Shown: positions 1 through 9,929, numbered from the whole stretch's first letter. The stretch: 63,418 nucleotides of DNA, filler included, from a bacterium (GCA_026985515.1; 8 parts of 8 records of this genome joined end to end with filler, not necessarily neighbours in it), one strand, 5' to 3'. The notes: a model not told the origin generated them from the letters alone. Numbers and translations: made by a program.

Positions 1-641
1 GCATTTGAAGCTATCATTTCAGCAATTTCTCTCCCTTTTCTGAAAAGGGTTTCATGGTCAGGAACGACCTCTTCCACCAGGCCAATTCTCTCTGCAGTCT
101 TTGCATCTATTTTTTCACCTGTAAAAATCAATCTTTTTGTCCATCCAAGCCCTATCAACCTCTGTAATCTGTGGGGACCCCCCAGATCAGGAGCTATCCC
201 AAGAGCAACTTCTGGCAGGGAGAAAACAGCATCACTGCTGGCTATTCTGAGATCCGCTGAAGCAATTAGTTCCACAGCTCCACCCAGACAATAGCCGTGG
301 ATGAGGGCTATCACCGGAACAGGAACTCTCTCCACCGCCATTCCGGCCTGCTGAATCTGTTTCGCTACTTCATAAGCTTTTACATTCTTTCTGGCCGGGG
401 ATTCTTCCTGAAGAATTTCCTGAAAGCAGGGCATACCTGTAAGATCAAGACCGGATGAGAAACCCTTTTCGCCTCTACCTGCAAGAATAATAACTCTGAT
501 ACTCTCTTCCCTTGAGAGATTGTTAAAAGTTTCTGTTATCTGATCCCACATTTCCCTGTTCAGGGCGTTTATTCTTTCAGGTCTATTCAGATAAACATAA
601 ACTATTCCCTTTTCCTCTCTTTCAACTTCCACTACACTCAT
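1..641 (-). CDS. Enoyl-CoA hydratase/isomerase (crotonase family), runs off the left edge
   Basis: Not in the ORF track. Hand translation from ATG 641: MSVVEVEREEKGIVYVYLNRPERINALNREMWDQI...GFSSGLDL...IALIHGYCLGGAVELIASADLRIAS...LPEVALGIAPDLGG...EIAEMIASNA, which carries crotonase motifs. GGGG RBS upstream. Confidence 0.9.
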   Translation of the reverse strand, partial: MSVVEVEREEKGIVYVYLNRPERINALNREMWDQITETFNNLSREESIRVIILAGRGEKGFSSGLDLTGMPCFQEILQEESPARKNVKAYEVAKQIQQAGMAVERVPVPVIALIHGYCLGGAVELIASADLRIASSDAVFSLPEVALGIAPDLGGPHRLQRLIGLGWTKRLIFTGEKIDAKTAERIGLVEEVVPDHETLFRKGREIAEMIASN

Positions 642-661
642 TGTTTCCCCCTGAAAAGTAG

Positions 662-687
662 AAAAAAGCGGGGTGAACCCCCGCTTT
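662..687 (-). terminator. Intrinsic terminator or attenuator between the SCP2 gene and the hydratase gene
   Basis: Minus strand reads AAAGCGGGG-GTTCA-CCCCGCTTT followed by a T-run, just after the SCP2 stop codon. Confidence 0.7.
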
Positions 688-696
688 ATGGTGGAC

Positions 697-1020
697 TTAG
701 AGGATCTGTCCAAGTTTCATTGCGAGACCCATGTCTCCCTGAATTTTGAGCTTCCCGGTCATGAAAGCCATCTGGGCATTGAGTTCTTTGTTAACGATTT
801 TCAGAAAATCATCTGCTGAAACTGTAATTGTGCACTGTGCATCGCCTTCACCTTCTTTTACCACTGGTGGATCAGCTTTGAGATCAACAATCCATGTTCC
901 TCCGCCTTCACCTGTGACAACAAATTTGTAAACGCCATTTACAGCCTTTGCCTTTGAAGGATCTTCATCGAGCTGTTTCTGGATGCTTTCAAAAACTTCC
1001 TTTACACTGCTGTAAGCCAT
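697..1020 (-). CDS. SCP2 sterol/lipid-binding domain protein
   Basis: About 107 aa, ending AQMAFMTGKLKIQGDMGLAMKL, the typical SCP2 signature. AAGGAGG RBS 7 nt before ATG 1020. Confidence 0.9.
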   Translation of the reverse strand: MAYSSVKEVFESIQKQLDEDPSKAKAVNGVYKFVVTGEGGGTWIVDLKADPPVVKEGEGDAQCTITVSADDFLKIVNKELNAQMAFMTGKLKIQGDMGLAMKLGQIL

Positions 1021-1051
1021 AACCAAACCTCCTTTTAGTTTTTGTCTGGAT

Positions 1052-1115
1052 TTGACATTTTTATCAATTTTGCCAAATCCACTTTAAAGATAACATTAAA
1101 GAGGGAAATTGTCAA
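1052..1115 (-). promoter_or_regulatory. Sigma70-type promoter of the SCP2 operon with a downstream palindromic operator
   Basis: -35 TTGACA (1110-1115, minus strand), 17-bp spacer, extended -10 TGtTATCTT (1087-1095). Palindrome TTGACA-TTTT-TATCAA at 1052-1067. Confidence 0.6.
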
Positions 1116-1186
1116 GAGGTTTCCCTTTTTCAGGGAGAATTTTTCAGTTATAATTTTTAAAGAGAATCGCAGAAAGGAGGGGAAAA

Positions 1187-1873
1187 ATGCGTAAGAGAAT
1201 TTTTTCTTTTTTAGCTGTCTTATTTTTTTCAACAGGCTGTTCTGCTCCCACCGCTATTCTCAATCACAATTTGAGGGATTTCTCTCCCAGCATAATGGGA
1301 GTTACCTCCATCCAGCTTCAGAATTATTTTTTTATCCCCTATATGGGCGGAGTTGCTGTGAAACCAGGAAAATCCCATGAAGTGTTTTTTGAGATGGGGA
1401 ACAATGCCGACAGTTTCAATTACAGATTTAACGTTTTCCATGAAAAGAACATATATTTTTCCACTGGAGTTGGTATTTCAAGAGAGGAAAAGGGTGGCGC
1501 AAATCTCGGTGGTGAGGAGAAGGATGAAGAGGATGTACAGAAGATCCCTGCCAATACATGGGTTGAATTGCCACTGACGGTAACGGTGAAGCATAAAAAT
1601 CTTTTTGGATGGGTGTCGCTTAAGCCCGGGATGGTTAAGGTGGAGGATTATGATGCATGTGAAGATAGTTATTCCTGTGACGATGAGGAAGCCAAACATT
1701 ATTCCCCGGGTCTGTTAAATGAGTTTACCATGGGCTGGGGTTTTGGTTACCTGAGCCCAAACGGTTTTTACATTCTATTTGCCTCCCAGAATTCTTTTGT
1801 AAAAATAGAGGGACCTGCAGAAGCCGGGAATCTGTTTTCTATCCTGGTTGGTTATACCCTTTATACTGAATAA
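1187..1873 (+). CDS. Hypothetical lipoprotein, possibly outer-membrane
   Basis: Signal peptide with lipobox FSTGC, GGAGG RBS, beta-strand-like C-terminus (ILVGYTLY). No family recognised. Confidence 0.65.
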   Translation: MRKRIFSFLAVLFFSTGCSAPTAILNHNLRDFSPSIMGVTSIQLQNYFFIPYMGGVAVKPGKSHEVFFEMGNNADSFNYRFNVFHEKNIYFSTGVGISREEKGGANLGGEEKDEEDVQKIPANTWVELPLTVTVKHKNLFGWVSLKPGMVKVEDYDACEDSYSCDDEEAKHYSPGLLNEFTMGWGFGYLSPNGFYILFASQNSFVKIEGPAEAGNLFSILVGYTLYTE

Positions 1874-1913
1874 GCTGGCTCCTGTACTCCAGGAGTGCTA
1901 TAATTTAAAAAAA

Positions 1914-4253
1914 ATGAAGAAGTTAATCTGGTCAACTGTGTTGATTTTGCTGGTGCTTGTTGCATCGTGTGGAAGGGGAGAGAAAGAAAGTAAACCACAG
2001 TATTGTAATAATGTTGAGGTCAGGAAGTTTCTTCCAGATTCTCCCGGTTTTTTTACTTACAATGGGATCAGGAGATATCTTCTCCCCAATGGTGACGTAA
2101 TCTATCCTGCAGGGACCACCTTTTACACCGGTGGTTATCCAATGGTTCCCTTTGTCACTGATGATGGTAATTTCGTTGTTGTTACTGACAATGACAACAG
2201 GGGAAACAATCTTCAGAAAATCAGTGTTTATGATTTGAGAAGTGGGAAAATCTTTTTCATCCCCGCCCACACCTTCAGGGGGGTTTATGCCTGGGTGGAG
2301 GGTGGATTTCTTAAAATTGTCTACGGAGGGGGGTGGAAGGGAACCCTTGAAGAGGTTGATCTGAATATACAGAGCGGTGAGTACAATCTGGTCCATTCTC
2401 TCTCCCTTGAGGGTTTTATTTCAGATATTGTGGTGGAGAGAAGGGGAAGGGTAGTGTATGCATCTAATTTCACAGATGGAAAAATATGGAAGGTTTCTCT
2501 TGATACATGGCAGGTGGAGAGAATATATCACGGGAAGGGTGCCATATATGATGCCGTCCTCACACCAGATGGAAAATATTTGATCTTTTCAGACTGGACC
2601 GGGCAGAGCATTTACAGACAGGATCTTGTTACAGGGAAAGTTACGAAACTTGTTGTGGGCAAGTTTCCTGAGGGAATAGTTCTGGGTTCAGGAGGAGAAA
2701 AGGGATATGTTGCTGTAAGTGGAGAGGATAAGGCAGTGGAGTTTGACTGGAAAAGATGGAAGAGGATGGGAGAGATTGAACTCAACACGGGAGACAGGAA
2801 GGGTCTCTATCCCTCTGAGGTTACGCTATGCAGTGAAAGAAACTGGCTGCTTGTCAGCAACTCCCAGGGGAATTACATTTCGGTGATTGATACGAAAAGT
2901 AACCTGATCGTGGGGAAAATTCCCACACTCTGGTACCCCACAGGAATTGTGTGTGACGAGAAACATAATTTACTTGTTTTTGCAAGTGCCAAGGGATTTG
3001 GTGGGGAACACTGGAGTGGAAGTCCCGAGATGAGCCAGTGGAACCTCACCAGAGGAATAGTTACATACATGCAGATCCCGGACGAGGATGAACTTGAGAA
3101 GTTGAGTAAAATAGTGGATGAGAATCTCACCCTGGAGAAAGAAAAACTTGATTCTCCCTGTACCCATCCTGAAACCTTCTTCAGGAGATTCCCCATTTAC
3201 CATGTGGTTCTCATTGTGAGAGAGAATAAAACATATGATGAGGATCTTGGAGATCTTGAGACGGGAAATGGTGATCCTTCCCTCACCCTTTTTGGAGAGA
3301 GGGTAACTCCCAATCTTCACCAGCTTGCCAGAGAATTTACCAACTGTGATAACTTCTATTCCAATCCTGAGGTTTCCCTTGAAGGTCATGTGTGGACAAC
3401 CCATGCTGATATAACAGATTATCTTGACAAGTCGTGGCAGAATCTGATGCCCTTTGCAGGTGTTGAAACTGCGGCAACAGCGGTAAACAGGTCCTTCTTC
3501 CATTATCTCTACAATCTGGGGATTGACTTCAGAGTCTACGGGGAAGTGGCAGGTGTTGGAACTGATCTCTTTACGATTTTCTATGACCATGTGGATATGA
3601 AGTTTCCCTTCTACAACCTTGATATTCCTGATGTGGAGAAGGCGGCAGAGTTTATCAGGGAGTTGAAGCTGGGTATTTTGAAGCCATTTACCTATATAAG
3701 TCTCCCCAACGATCACACCTATGGTTACTATCCGGGGAAACCCACCCCTGAATCAATGGTGGCAGATAATGATGAAGCCACGGGAATGATAGTTGATGCC
3801 ATTTCTCATTCTCCTTTCTGGAAAAATACTCTGATTTTTATTATTGAGGATGACCCTCAATCCTTTGCGGGAGATCATGTTGAGGCACACAGAAGTGTAT
3901 GTGTGGCAGCTGGTCCCTATGTGAAACGCCACTACACATCCCATTATCCCTACTCCATTCCCTCAATTTACAGTACAATTGAGCTGCTTTTCGGAATACC
4001 CCATTTTAACAGAAACACAGAAAAGGCTCTTCCCTTTTTTGATATATTCACAGATAAGCCTGATCTATCTTCGTATAGCTACATTGAAAGGAAGGTACCA
4101 GTTCAGTATGTTCCGGAGGATCACCCCCTTGCAGAAATGAGCAGGGAGATTTTCCGTGACATTGATGATGCTCCAGGACTGGGATTCATTCTCTGGAAGG
4201 GGATAAAGGGTGATGTGACTCCTCCACCCTACGCAGTGGGAATAGACAGATGA
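1914..4253 (+). CDS. Lipoprotein: YVTN/YncE-type beta-propeller fused to a phosphoesterase (alkaline phosphatase superfamily) domain
   Basis: Lipobox VASC. Propeller repeats (VGKFPEGIVL, ISVIDTKSN..VGKIPT.WYP). Phosphoesterase motifs HVVLIVRENKTYD, TPNLHQLA, LPNDHT, SPFWKNTLIFIIEDD, DHVEAHRS. Confidence 0.85.
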   Translation: MKKLIWSTVLILLVLVASCGRGEKESKPQYCNNVEVRKFLPDSPGFFTYNGIRRYLLPNGDVIYPAGTTFYTGGYPMVPFVTDDGNFVVVTDNDNRGNNLQKISVYDLRSGKIFFIPAHTFRGVYAWVEGGFLKIVYGGGWKGTLEEVDLNIQSGEYNLVHSLSLEGFISDIVVERRGRVVYASNFTDGKIWKVSLDTWQVERIYHGKGAIYDAVLTPDGKYLIFSDWTGQSIYRQDLVTGKVTKLVVGKFPEGIVLGSGGEKGYVAVSGEDKAVEFDWKRWKRMGEIELNTGDRKGLYPSEVTLCSERNWLLVSNSQGNYISVIDTKSNLIVGKIPTLWYPTGIVCDEKHNLLVFASAKGFGGEHWSGSPEMSQWNLTRGIVTYMQIPDEDELEKLSKIVDENLTLEKEKLDSPCTHPETFFRRFPIYHVVLIVRENKTYDEDLGDLETGNGDPSLTLFGERVTPNLHQLAREFTNCDNFYSNPEVSLEGHVWTTHADITDYLDKSWQNLMPFAGVETAATAVNRSFFHYLYNLGIDFRVYGEVAGVGTDLFTIFYDHVDMKFPFYNLDIPDVEKAAEFIRELKLGILKPFTYISLPNDHTYGYYPGKPTPESMVADNDEATGMIVDAISHSPFWKNTLIFIIEDDPQSFAGDHVEAHRSVCVAAGPYVKRHYTSHYPYSIPSIYSTIELLFGIPHFNRNTEKALPFFDIFTDKPDLSSYSYIERKVPVQYVPEDHPLAEMSREIFRDIDDAPGLGFILWKGIKGDVTPPPYAVGIDR

Positions 4254-5713
4254 GAAAAGTATTGGTAATTCTTTTATTGCTTTCGATTGGGTGTGGTGGC
4301 AAAAATGAGATACCAGAGGAGTATTTCACTCACCTTGAAAATGGTAAGAGGTTGCTCCTTCAGGCAAGGTATGTTGAAGCCGGGAGGGAGATGGAAAAAG
4401 CTCTGAGAGTTTATAATGGGGAGGAGGCTCTCTATGGTCTTGCAATTTCAAAGACCCTTTCAATAAATGACCTGATGATAATGCTTGTAAGGACTGTTGC
4501 ACAGGGATCATCCTATATACCCATGGCTGAAGGTGAAAGAATGATGAAGGAGGTTGAAAAAACAGCTGGTGGACTGGCGACTCAATATATGGAATCAGCA
4601 GAGCTCTGGAATAATCTGCTCGAAAGGTATAAGAAACCAGTTTTTGAAGGTGATGTACCCGTTTATTTTGCCACGGTTCCCCTTCTGGAATTCAGGGAAG
4701 AATTGGGAAGAAAGGAGGCTCTTTTCTTCTCTTCCATGGTTAATATAACTGCTTTCATTTTAACACTTTTTTACTCACAGTCACTTACTGCAGATATCCT
4801 GGGTGCCTATCTATTCTACAGGAATCATGGTGGTACAAGGGGGTTTCAACTTTCAAGACTTATCGCATATATTCTCACGGAGAATAGGGATCTTCTGACA
4901 CTGAGGAATGGGGATCTGTGGAAAAAATCCGGGGAATTTCTGGATAAGGGAGTAAAAGATTTTTATGAATTTCTCGGGGAAGAGTTTGAAACTCCCTCAA
5001 TGCAGTTTAAAGATGGGGAACTGCTCTTTAAGTTTTTTAACAGTAGATCCCCATCAGAAGAACCTCAATTTGGCACCTTTAAAGTAACCATTCCCTCACC
5101 ATTGACATCATCGGTAATGGGGGGAAAAATATATCTTGAAGATGGTTTTCTCCAGACCATTTCGGTATATCTGGGTATCCTGATAAAATTTCTTGCCCCT
5201 TCCCTCAAAACTTTTCTGGGTTCTTATGCGAATTACCTTGATTTTATAGAACCTTCCCTTCTCGTTCAGACCATTGAAACTGTAATACCTGAAAAAAGTC
5301 TTGCCTTTGATTTTAAATCCTTTTTCTCCTCGCCCGATTCAATGAGGTACTTTTTCCCTGTAACCAGAGGAGTGAGTAACATTTTTGAAAATGACCTGTA
5401 TCTTGAATGGGAGTGTGATGATCTTGATTCCCATGGCTATCCTGGTGGTGTGGCAGGTTTGATTTGTGAAAAAAATTCTTCACTGACAGATTCGGAACAC
5501 TTTGCAGGTGGTTTTAAAATAGCAAAAGATGGAATCTTATCAAGGGCTCCATATATGCTCTTTGCAGATCCTTCCATAAATGGCTTACTCTACCTCAATG
5601 GCAGTAAATTTTCTGATATATTACCCGAAGGATTAAAGAAATCTGACCTGTTGCTTTTAAATGCTTTTCTCGGGTATGCTGTAAATAAAATTCTTTCAGT
5701 GATAGGTTATTAG
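4250..5713 (+). CDS. Hypothetical lipoprotein with N-terminal TPR-like helices
   Basis: Lipobox SIGC, ATGA overlap with the upstream gene, 487-aa ORF. Confidence 0.75.
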   Translation: MRKVLVILLLLSIGCGGKNEIPEEYFTHLENGKRLLLQARYVEAGREMEKALRVYNGEEALYGLAISKTLSINDLMIMLVRTVAQGSSYIPMAEGERMMKEVEKTAGGLATQYMESAELWNNLLERYKKPVFEGDVPVYFATVPLLEFREELGRKEALFFSSMVNITAFILTLFYSQSLTADILGAYLFYRNHGGTRGFQLSRLIAYILTENRDLLTLRNGDLWKKSGEFLDKGVKDFYEFLGEEFETPSMQFKDGELLFKFFNSRSPSEEPQFGTFKVTIPSPLTSSVMGGKIYLEDGFLQTISVYLGILIKFLAPSLKTFLGSYANYLDFIEPSLLVQTIETVIPEKSLAFDFKSFFSSPDSMRYFFPVTRGVSNIFENDLYLEWECDDLDSHGYPGGVAGLICEKNSSLTDSEHFAGGFKIAKDGILSRAPYMLFADPSINGLLYLNGSKFSDILPEGLKKSDLLLLNAFLGYAVNKILSVIGY

Positions 5714-5722
5714 GAGGGTAAA

Positions 5723-6145
5723 ATGGCTTTTAACAGGTGGGAGAAAAGAACACTTGAAAAAATAGTTGAGGTATTTTTCCCACCCGGGGTGGGGGACAGG
5801 TTAAAGAGAGACCTCATAGAGGCGGGAACCGTTGAGCGACTTGACTATATGATTTCCCGCTATCCTCTGCAGGCGAGACTGCTTTTCCACATTGTGATCT
5901 GGGTTACCTACTGGGCACCGATTTTTCTTTTCGTTTCAATTTTACCCTTTAATTTCCTGAACTGGGAAAAGAGAAAAAAAGCAATGGAAAAGATGTTCTA
6001 CAGCAGAATCTACTATGTGAGGCAGTTTGCAAATCTCCTGAAACTTGTTGCGGCTATTTCATTCTTTGCAGATGAGGAAGCAAGAAGAGAAGTCGGGATA
6101 CCAGGGATAGATGACCCCATTTACTCAAAATATATGGGAGGATAA
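5723..6145 (+). CDS. Small partner protein of a GMC oxidoreductase (gluconate 2-dehydrogenase subunit 3-like)
   Basis: GGAGG RBS. PF..L..EKR and LK......FF..EE....VG.PG patterns. Lies directly upstream of the GMC gene. Confidence 0.6.
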   Translation: MAFNRWEKRTLEKIVEVFFPPGVGDRLKRDLIEAGTVERLDYMISRYPLQARLLFHIVIWVTYWAPIFLFVSILPFNFLNWEKRKKAMEKMFYSRIYYVRQFANLLKLVAAISFFADEEARREVGIPGIDDPIYSKYMGG

Positions 6146-6146
6146 G

Positions 6147-7679
6147 ATGGGTAAATTTAAAAATCACATAGACGCTGCAGATATTTCAAAGTATCGTGAG
6201 GATTCAGCTGATTTTGTTGTGGTTGGAACGGGTGCAGGTGGAGGTATAGCTGGGTGGGTCCTCACGGAAATGGGTTACGAAGTTATCTGGGTGGAAGCGG
6301 GTCCCTATATGACTGCTGAGGATTTCAGGGATGATGTATACACATCAATGTTGAATCTCGCAAAGGATGCAGGTGCCACAAGCATGATGGGGAGGGCAAT
6401 TGTGACATACCTTCAGGGTAGTTGTGTAGGAGGAAGTCCACTTATCAATTCAGCAATTGTCTGGAGAACTCCTGAGGAGGTTGTGGATGAATGGGCGGAG
6501 AAGTTTGGCACCGGAAATGTTATAAATAACAGGACTCTTGAGTATGCTTTTGAGAAAATTGAAAAGCTTCTGAATATTCATCCCATAGAGGAGGAGATCC
6601 TTGGGGGAAATAATCTCCTTTTTAAAGAGGCATGTGAGAAGATGGGGTATGAGAGCAGGGTGATAAGGAGAAATACCAGAGGTTGCCATGGTTCCAACAG
6701 ATGTGTGCAGGGTTGCCCCTTTAAGGCGAAACTGAGTCCAGATGTAACTTTTGTCCCATGGAGCCTTGAAAAAGGTGCCAGGGTCTACTCAAACTGTCGG
6801 GTGGTAAAAATTATTTCAAAGAACAGGAAAGCCACCGGGGTTGAGGTTGTTTTTAAAGAAAGGGGAAAGGAAAATTACAGGCCTGTTAAGGGCAGAATTT
6901 ATGCAAGGAGAGGAGTTATCCTCGCAGCAGGAGCCATTGATACACCTCATCTGATCAGGAAAAGCAGATTACAGGGTGATTCAAAGGCTGTGGGAAAATT
7001 CTTCATGGCTCACCCGGGAGTTGGAATTGGTGGAATATTTGACAGAGAGATAAATATCTCCTTGGGACCCTCTCAGGGGTATGAATCTCCCCATTTCCGC
7101 AAAGGTCACCATTTCAAGATGGAGACAATCGGGCTACCCATTGAGCTTTTATCAGCCAGAACTCCCGGGTTTGGCAGAGAATTTATGAAGAGAATAGAAA
7201 ATTACAACTATGTGGCTGTCTGGGACAGTTATGTTAAATCTGAGGCCCATGGGCAGGTCATGTCCACAATATTTGGGCCTGTACCAAAGTATGAGCCAAC
7301 TAAAAGGGATACCGAGATCCTGATTTTTGCAATTAAGAAGATGGCGGAGATGATGTTTGAGGTGGGTGCAAAAGTTGTATTCCCCGGAATATATGGCATT
7401 CCTGAAGAAATAACGAAGGATCAGCTCAACCTTATTGATGAAGCAGAACCTGATCCCAGAAATCTCCTCCTCTATGCGTCGCATCTTTTTGGCGGTGCCA
7501 GAATGGGTGTTGATCCCCGTATAAGTGTTGTTGATCTGAATTTTAAGGTACACGGAGTGGAAAATCTCTTTGTTACTGATGCAAGTGTTTTTCCAACAAA
7601 TCTCGGGGTCAATCCTCAGCATACGGTAATGGCTGTTTCCATGATCGGTGCGGAGAGGATCGGTGAGAGTGCGCGGTGA
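6147..7679 (+). CDS. GMC family oxidoreductase (long-chain alcohol oxidase-like)
   Basis: FAD motif VVGTGAGG, GSCVGGSPLIN, C.GSNRCVQGCP, ASHLFGGARMG, DASVFPTNLGVNPQHT. GGAGG RBS before ATG 6147. Confidence 0.92.
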   Translation: MGKFKNHIDAADISKYREDSADFVVVGTGAGGGIAGWVLTEMGYEVIWVEAGPYMTAEDFRDDVYTSMLNLAKDAGATSMMGRAIVTYLQGSCVGGSPLINSAIVWRTPEEVVDEWAEKFGTGNVINNRTLEYAFEKIEKLLNIHPIEEEILGGNNLLFKEACEKMGYESRVIRRNTRGCHGSNRCVQGCPFKAKLSPDVTFVPWSLEKGARVYSNCRVVKIISKNRKATGVEVVFKERGKENYRPVKGRIYARRGVILAAGAIDTPHLIRKSRLQGDSKAVGKFFMAHPGVGIGGIFDREINISLGPSQGYESPHFRKGHHFKMETIGLPIELLSARTPGFGREFMKRIENYNYVAVWDSYVKSEAHGQVMSTIFGPVPKYEPTKRDTEILIFAIKKMAEMMFEVGAKVVFPGIYGIPEEITKDQLNLIDEAEPDPRNLLLYASHLFGGARMGVDPRISVVDLNFKVHGVENLFVTDASVFPTNLGVNPQHTVMAVSMIGAERIGESAR

Positions 7680-8445
7680 GTCAGGGATCTCCAGGGATTG
7701 GCTTGAGGAGATCTATTTCCTTTACAATCACAGAGAGTATGTCCATCCTGATCCCCTTGAATTTCTCTATAACTTTGAGAGCTGTGGGGATATGGAAATC
7801 GCAGGCTTAATTGCTTCATCCCTTGCCTATGGCAATGTAAAGCAGATTTTAAGAAGTGTTAAGAGTGTGCTTGATCGGATGGGGAATTCCCCTCTGAATT
7901 TTGTAATGAACACCAGCGAGAAAGAGAAGAAATATTGCTTTAAAAATTTTAAGCACAGATTCACCACAGGTCAGGAAGTAGCAGAACTGCTTGAAAGAAC
8001 GAAGAAATTAATACTTGAGTATGGATCTCTTGGTGCCTTTATTCAAAAGGTTTCAGGAAGTGAAAGCAGTATTATTGATATCCAGGAAGAATTTGTGAAG
8101 CAACTTATCTCAGGGGTAAAATCAACTCTGTTGCCTGAAGTTAAAAGGGGAAGTGCATCTAAAAGATTAAATCTCTTTTTCAGGTGGATGGTTAGAAAGG
8201 ATGAAGTTGATCCAGGATGCTGGTCTGGAAAAATCCTCCCTTCCCAACTTCTCATTCCCCTCGATACCCATATGTACAGGTTTGCAGTAAAGTTTGGTAT
8301 TACCAGAAGGAAAAGTGCGAATTTAAAAACAGAGATGGAAATTACAGATTTTTTTAAAAAGGTGAATCCTGAAGACCCTGTAAAGTATGATTTTGCAATA
8401 ACAAGGGCAGGTATTGGTAGATGGTATGAGTGGGATCAGAAGTAG
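7663..8445 (+). CDS. TIGR02757/DUF2400 family protein (HhH-GPD-like); start uncertain
   Basis: Motifs DPLEFL, SSLAYGNVKQI, SASKRLNLFFRWMVR, IPLDTH, DPVKYDFA. Confidence 0.88.
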   Translation: MRVRGESGISRDWLEEIYFLYNHREYVHPDPLEFLYNFESCGDMEIAGLIASSLAYGNVKQILRSVKSVLDRMGNSPLNFVMNTSEKEKKYCFKNFKHRFTTGQEVAELLERTKKLILEYGSLGAFIQKVSGSESSIIDIQEEFVKQLISGVKSTLLPEVKRGSASKRLNLFFRWMVRKDEVDPGCWSGKILPSQLLIPLDTHMYRFAVKFGITRRKSANLKTEMEITDFFKKVNPEDPVKYDFAITRAGIGRWYEWDQK

Positions 8446-8747
8446 TACTAGGGGAAGAGTGTGCAAATTGAACATCCAATATTCATTTTGCATAAGAAGA
8501 GGAAAATGTCAATTTGACTTAAAATCTCAATTAAGAGATTTTGGGTAACTAAGATTTATTATTAAAAACATACCCTATATCGTGCTGTCACCTAAAAGGT
8601 GAAGGCATGTGAGATAGAAATTTATAGGGATAAAAATGCAGACGCAGGATTAACCAGATTTCTATTAGAGAATTACGGTTTGACTGAGAATTGAACTGGT
8701 GTATAATTTTCGTGAAAATTTGAAAACAAAATGCAAATTTGCAAAAA

Positions 8748-9929
8748 ATGATTGAAAGAGAAATTACACCATACTTGAAAAAGGCTGCGAGCGAATATCC
8801 GGTTGTAACGGTAACGGGACCGATGCAATCTGGCAAAACCACTCTTGTGAAAATGGTTTTTCCAGAGAAGGTTTACTACTCTCTTGAGGCACCAGATATC
8901 AGATCAATTGCTTTTTCCGATCCCAGAGGTTTCCTTGCTGAAGGGGGAAGCAGAGGGATGATTATTGATGAAGTACAGCATCTTCCTCAGTTACTTTCAT
9001 ATATTCAAGTAATGGTTGATGAGAGGAAGGTTCCTGGCTCTTTTATTTTGACGGGAAGTCATCAACCCAGATTGCATGAAGCTATTGCTCATCAATCCCT
9101 TGCTGGAAGGGTAAATATTATCCGATTACTTCCATTTTCTATATCTGAGGTCAAGAAATATCATGTTCAGATTGATCCATTTGATTTGATTTTCAGGGGA
9201 TTTTATCCTGCTATTTATGAAGAGAAATTGAGTGTTGGGGAATTTTATCGCAATTATATTGAAACTTATGTTGAAAGAGATGTGCGTTCCATAGCAAATA
9301 TTCATGATCTCTTTCGCTTTCAGCAATTTATGATCCTTCTTGCCGGAAGAACAGGACAGATTCTAAATTATTCCTCAATTTCAAATGATCTTGGAATTTC
9401 TGTAAACAGTGTAAAAAACTGGATTAGTGTTCTTTTGTCTTCATATCTGGTTTTCATTTTGCCCCCATATTATATTAATATTCGAAAAAGAGTGGTAAAA
9501 TCACCAAAGATATATTTTACTGATGTTGGTCTGGGTTCTTTTCTTCTGGGTATAAAGTCCCCTGATCAGGTTAAATATCATCCACTTCGTGGCAATCTCT
9601 ACGAAAATATGGTAATTGTGGAAATAATAAAATCATTCTATAATAAAGGTAACAGGCCAGACATTTATTTTTTCCGTGATTCCAGGGGAAACGAAATTGA
9701 TCTTGTTATAAGAATCAGCAGAGGATTGATTCTGATTGAAATAAAATCAGCTTCAACATTTACCCCTGAGTTTTTGAAAAGTTTTGAAAAATTTAAACGG
9801 GTTACAGCAGAGCCTGTAATTAAAGAAATTCTTTTCTACAATGGTGAACAAAACTTCAAAATAAAGGGAGTGAAAGTTTTAAATCCTTTGTCTGTTAAAA
9901 ATCTGTGGAATGAAGTGATTGAGGAGTAA
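8748..9929 (+). CDS. AAA_14 ATPase with C-terminal DUF4143 domain
   Basis: Walker A GPMQSGKTT, IIDEVQ, ILTGS, SLAGR, Y..TYVERD, KSPKIYFTDVG, EIDLVI...IEIKS. Confidence 0.92.
   Translation: MIEREITPYLKKAASEYPVVTVTGPMQSGKTTLVKMVFPEKVYYSLEAPDIRSIAFSDPRGFLAEGGSRGMIIDEVQHLPQLLSYIQVMVDERKVPGSFILTGSHQPRLHEAIAHQSLAGRVNIIRLLPFSISEVKKYHVQIDPFDLIFRGFYPAIYEEKLSVGEFYRNYIETYVERDVRSIANIHDLFRFQQFMILLAGRTGQILNYSSISNDLGISVNSVKNWISVLLSSYLVFILPPYYINIRKRVVKSPKIYFTDVGLGSFLLGIKSPDQVKYHPLRGNLYENMVIVEIIKSFYNKGNRPDIYFFRDSRGNEIDLVIRISRGLILIEIKSASTFTPEFLKSFEKFKRVTAEPVIKEILFYNGEQNFKIKGVKVLNPLSVKNLWNEVIEE

Noticed and set aside
2970-3716. 248-aa minus-strand ORF, and similar ones at 21096-21752, 35691-36209 and 41564-42067
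   Set aside because: They are antisense shadows of well-supported genes.
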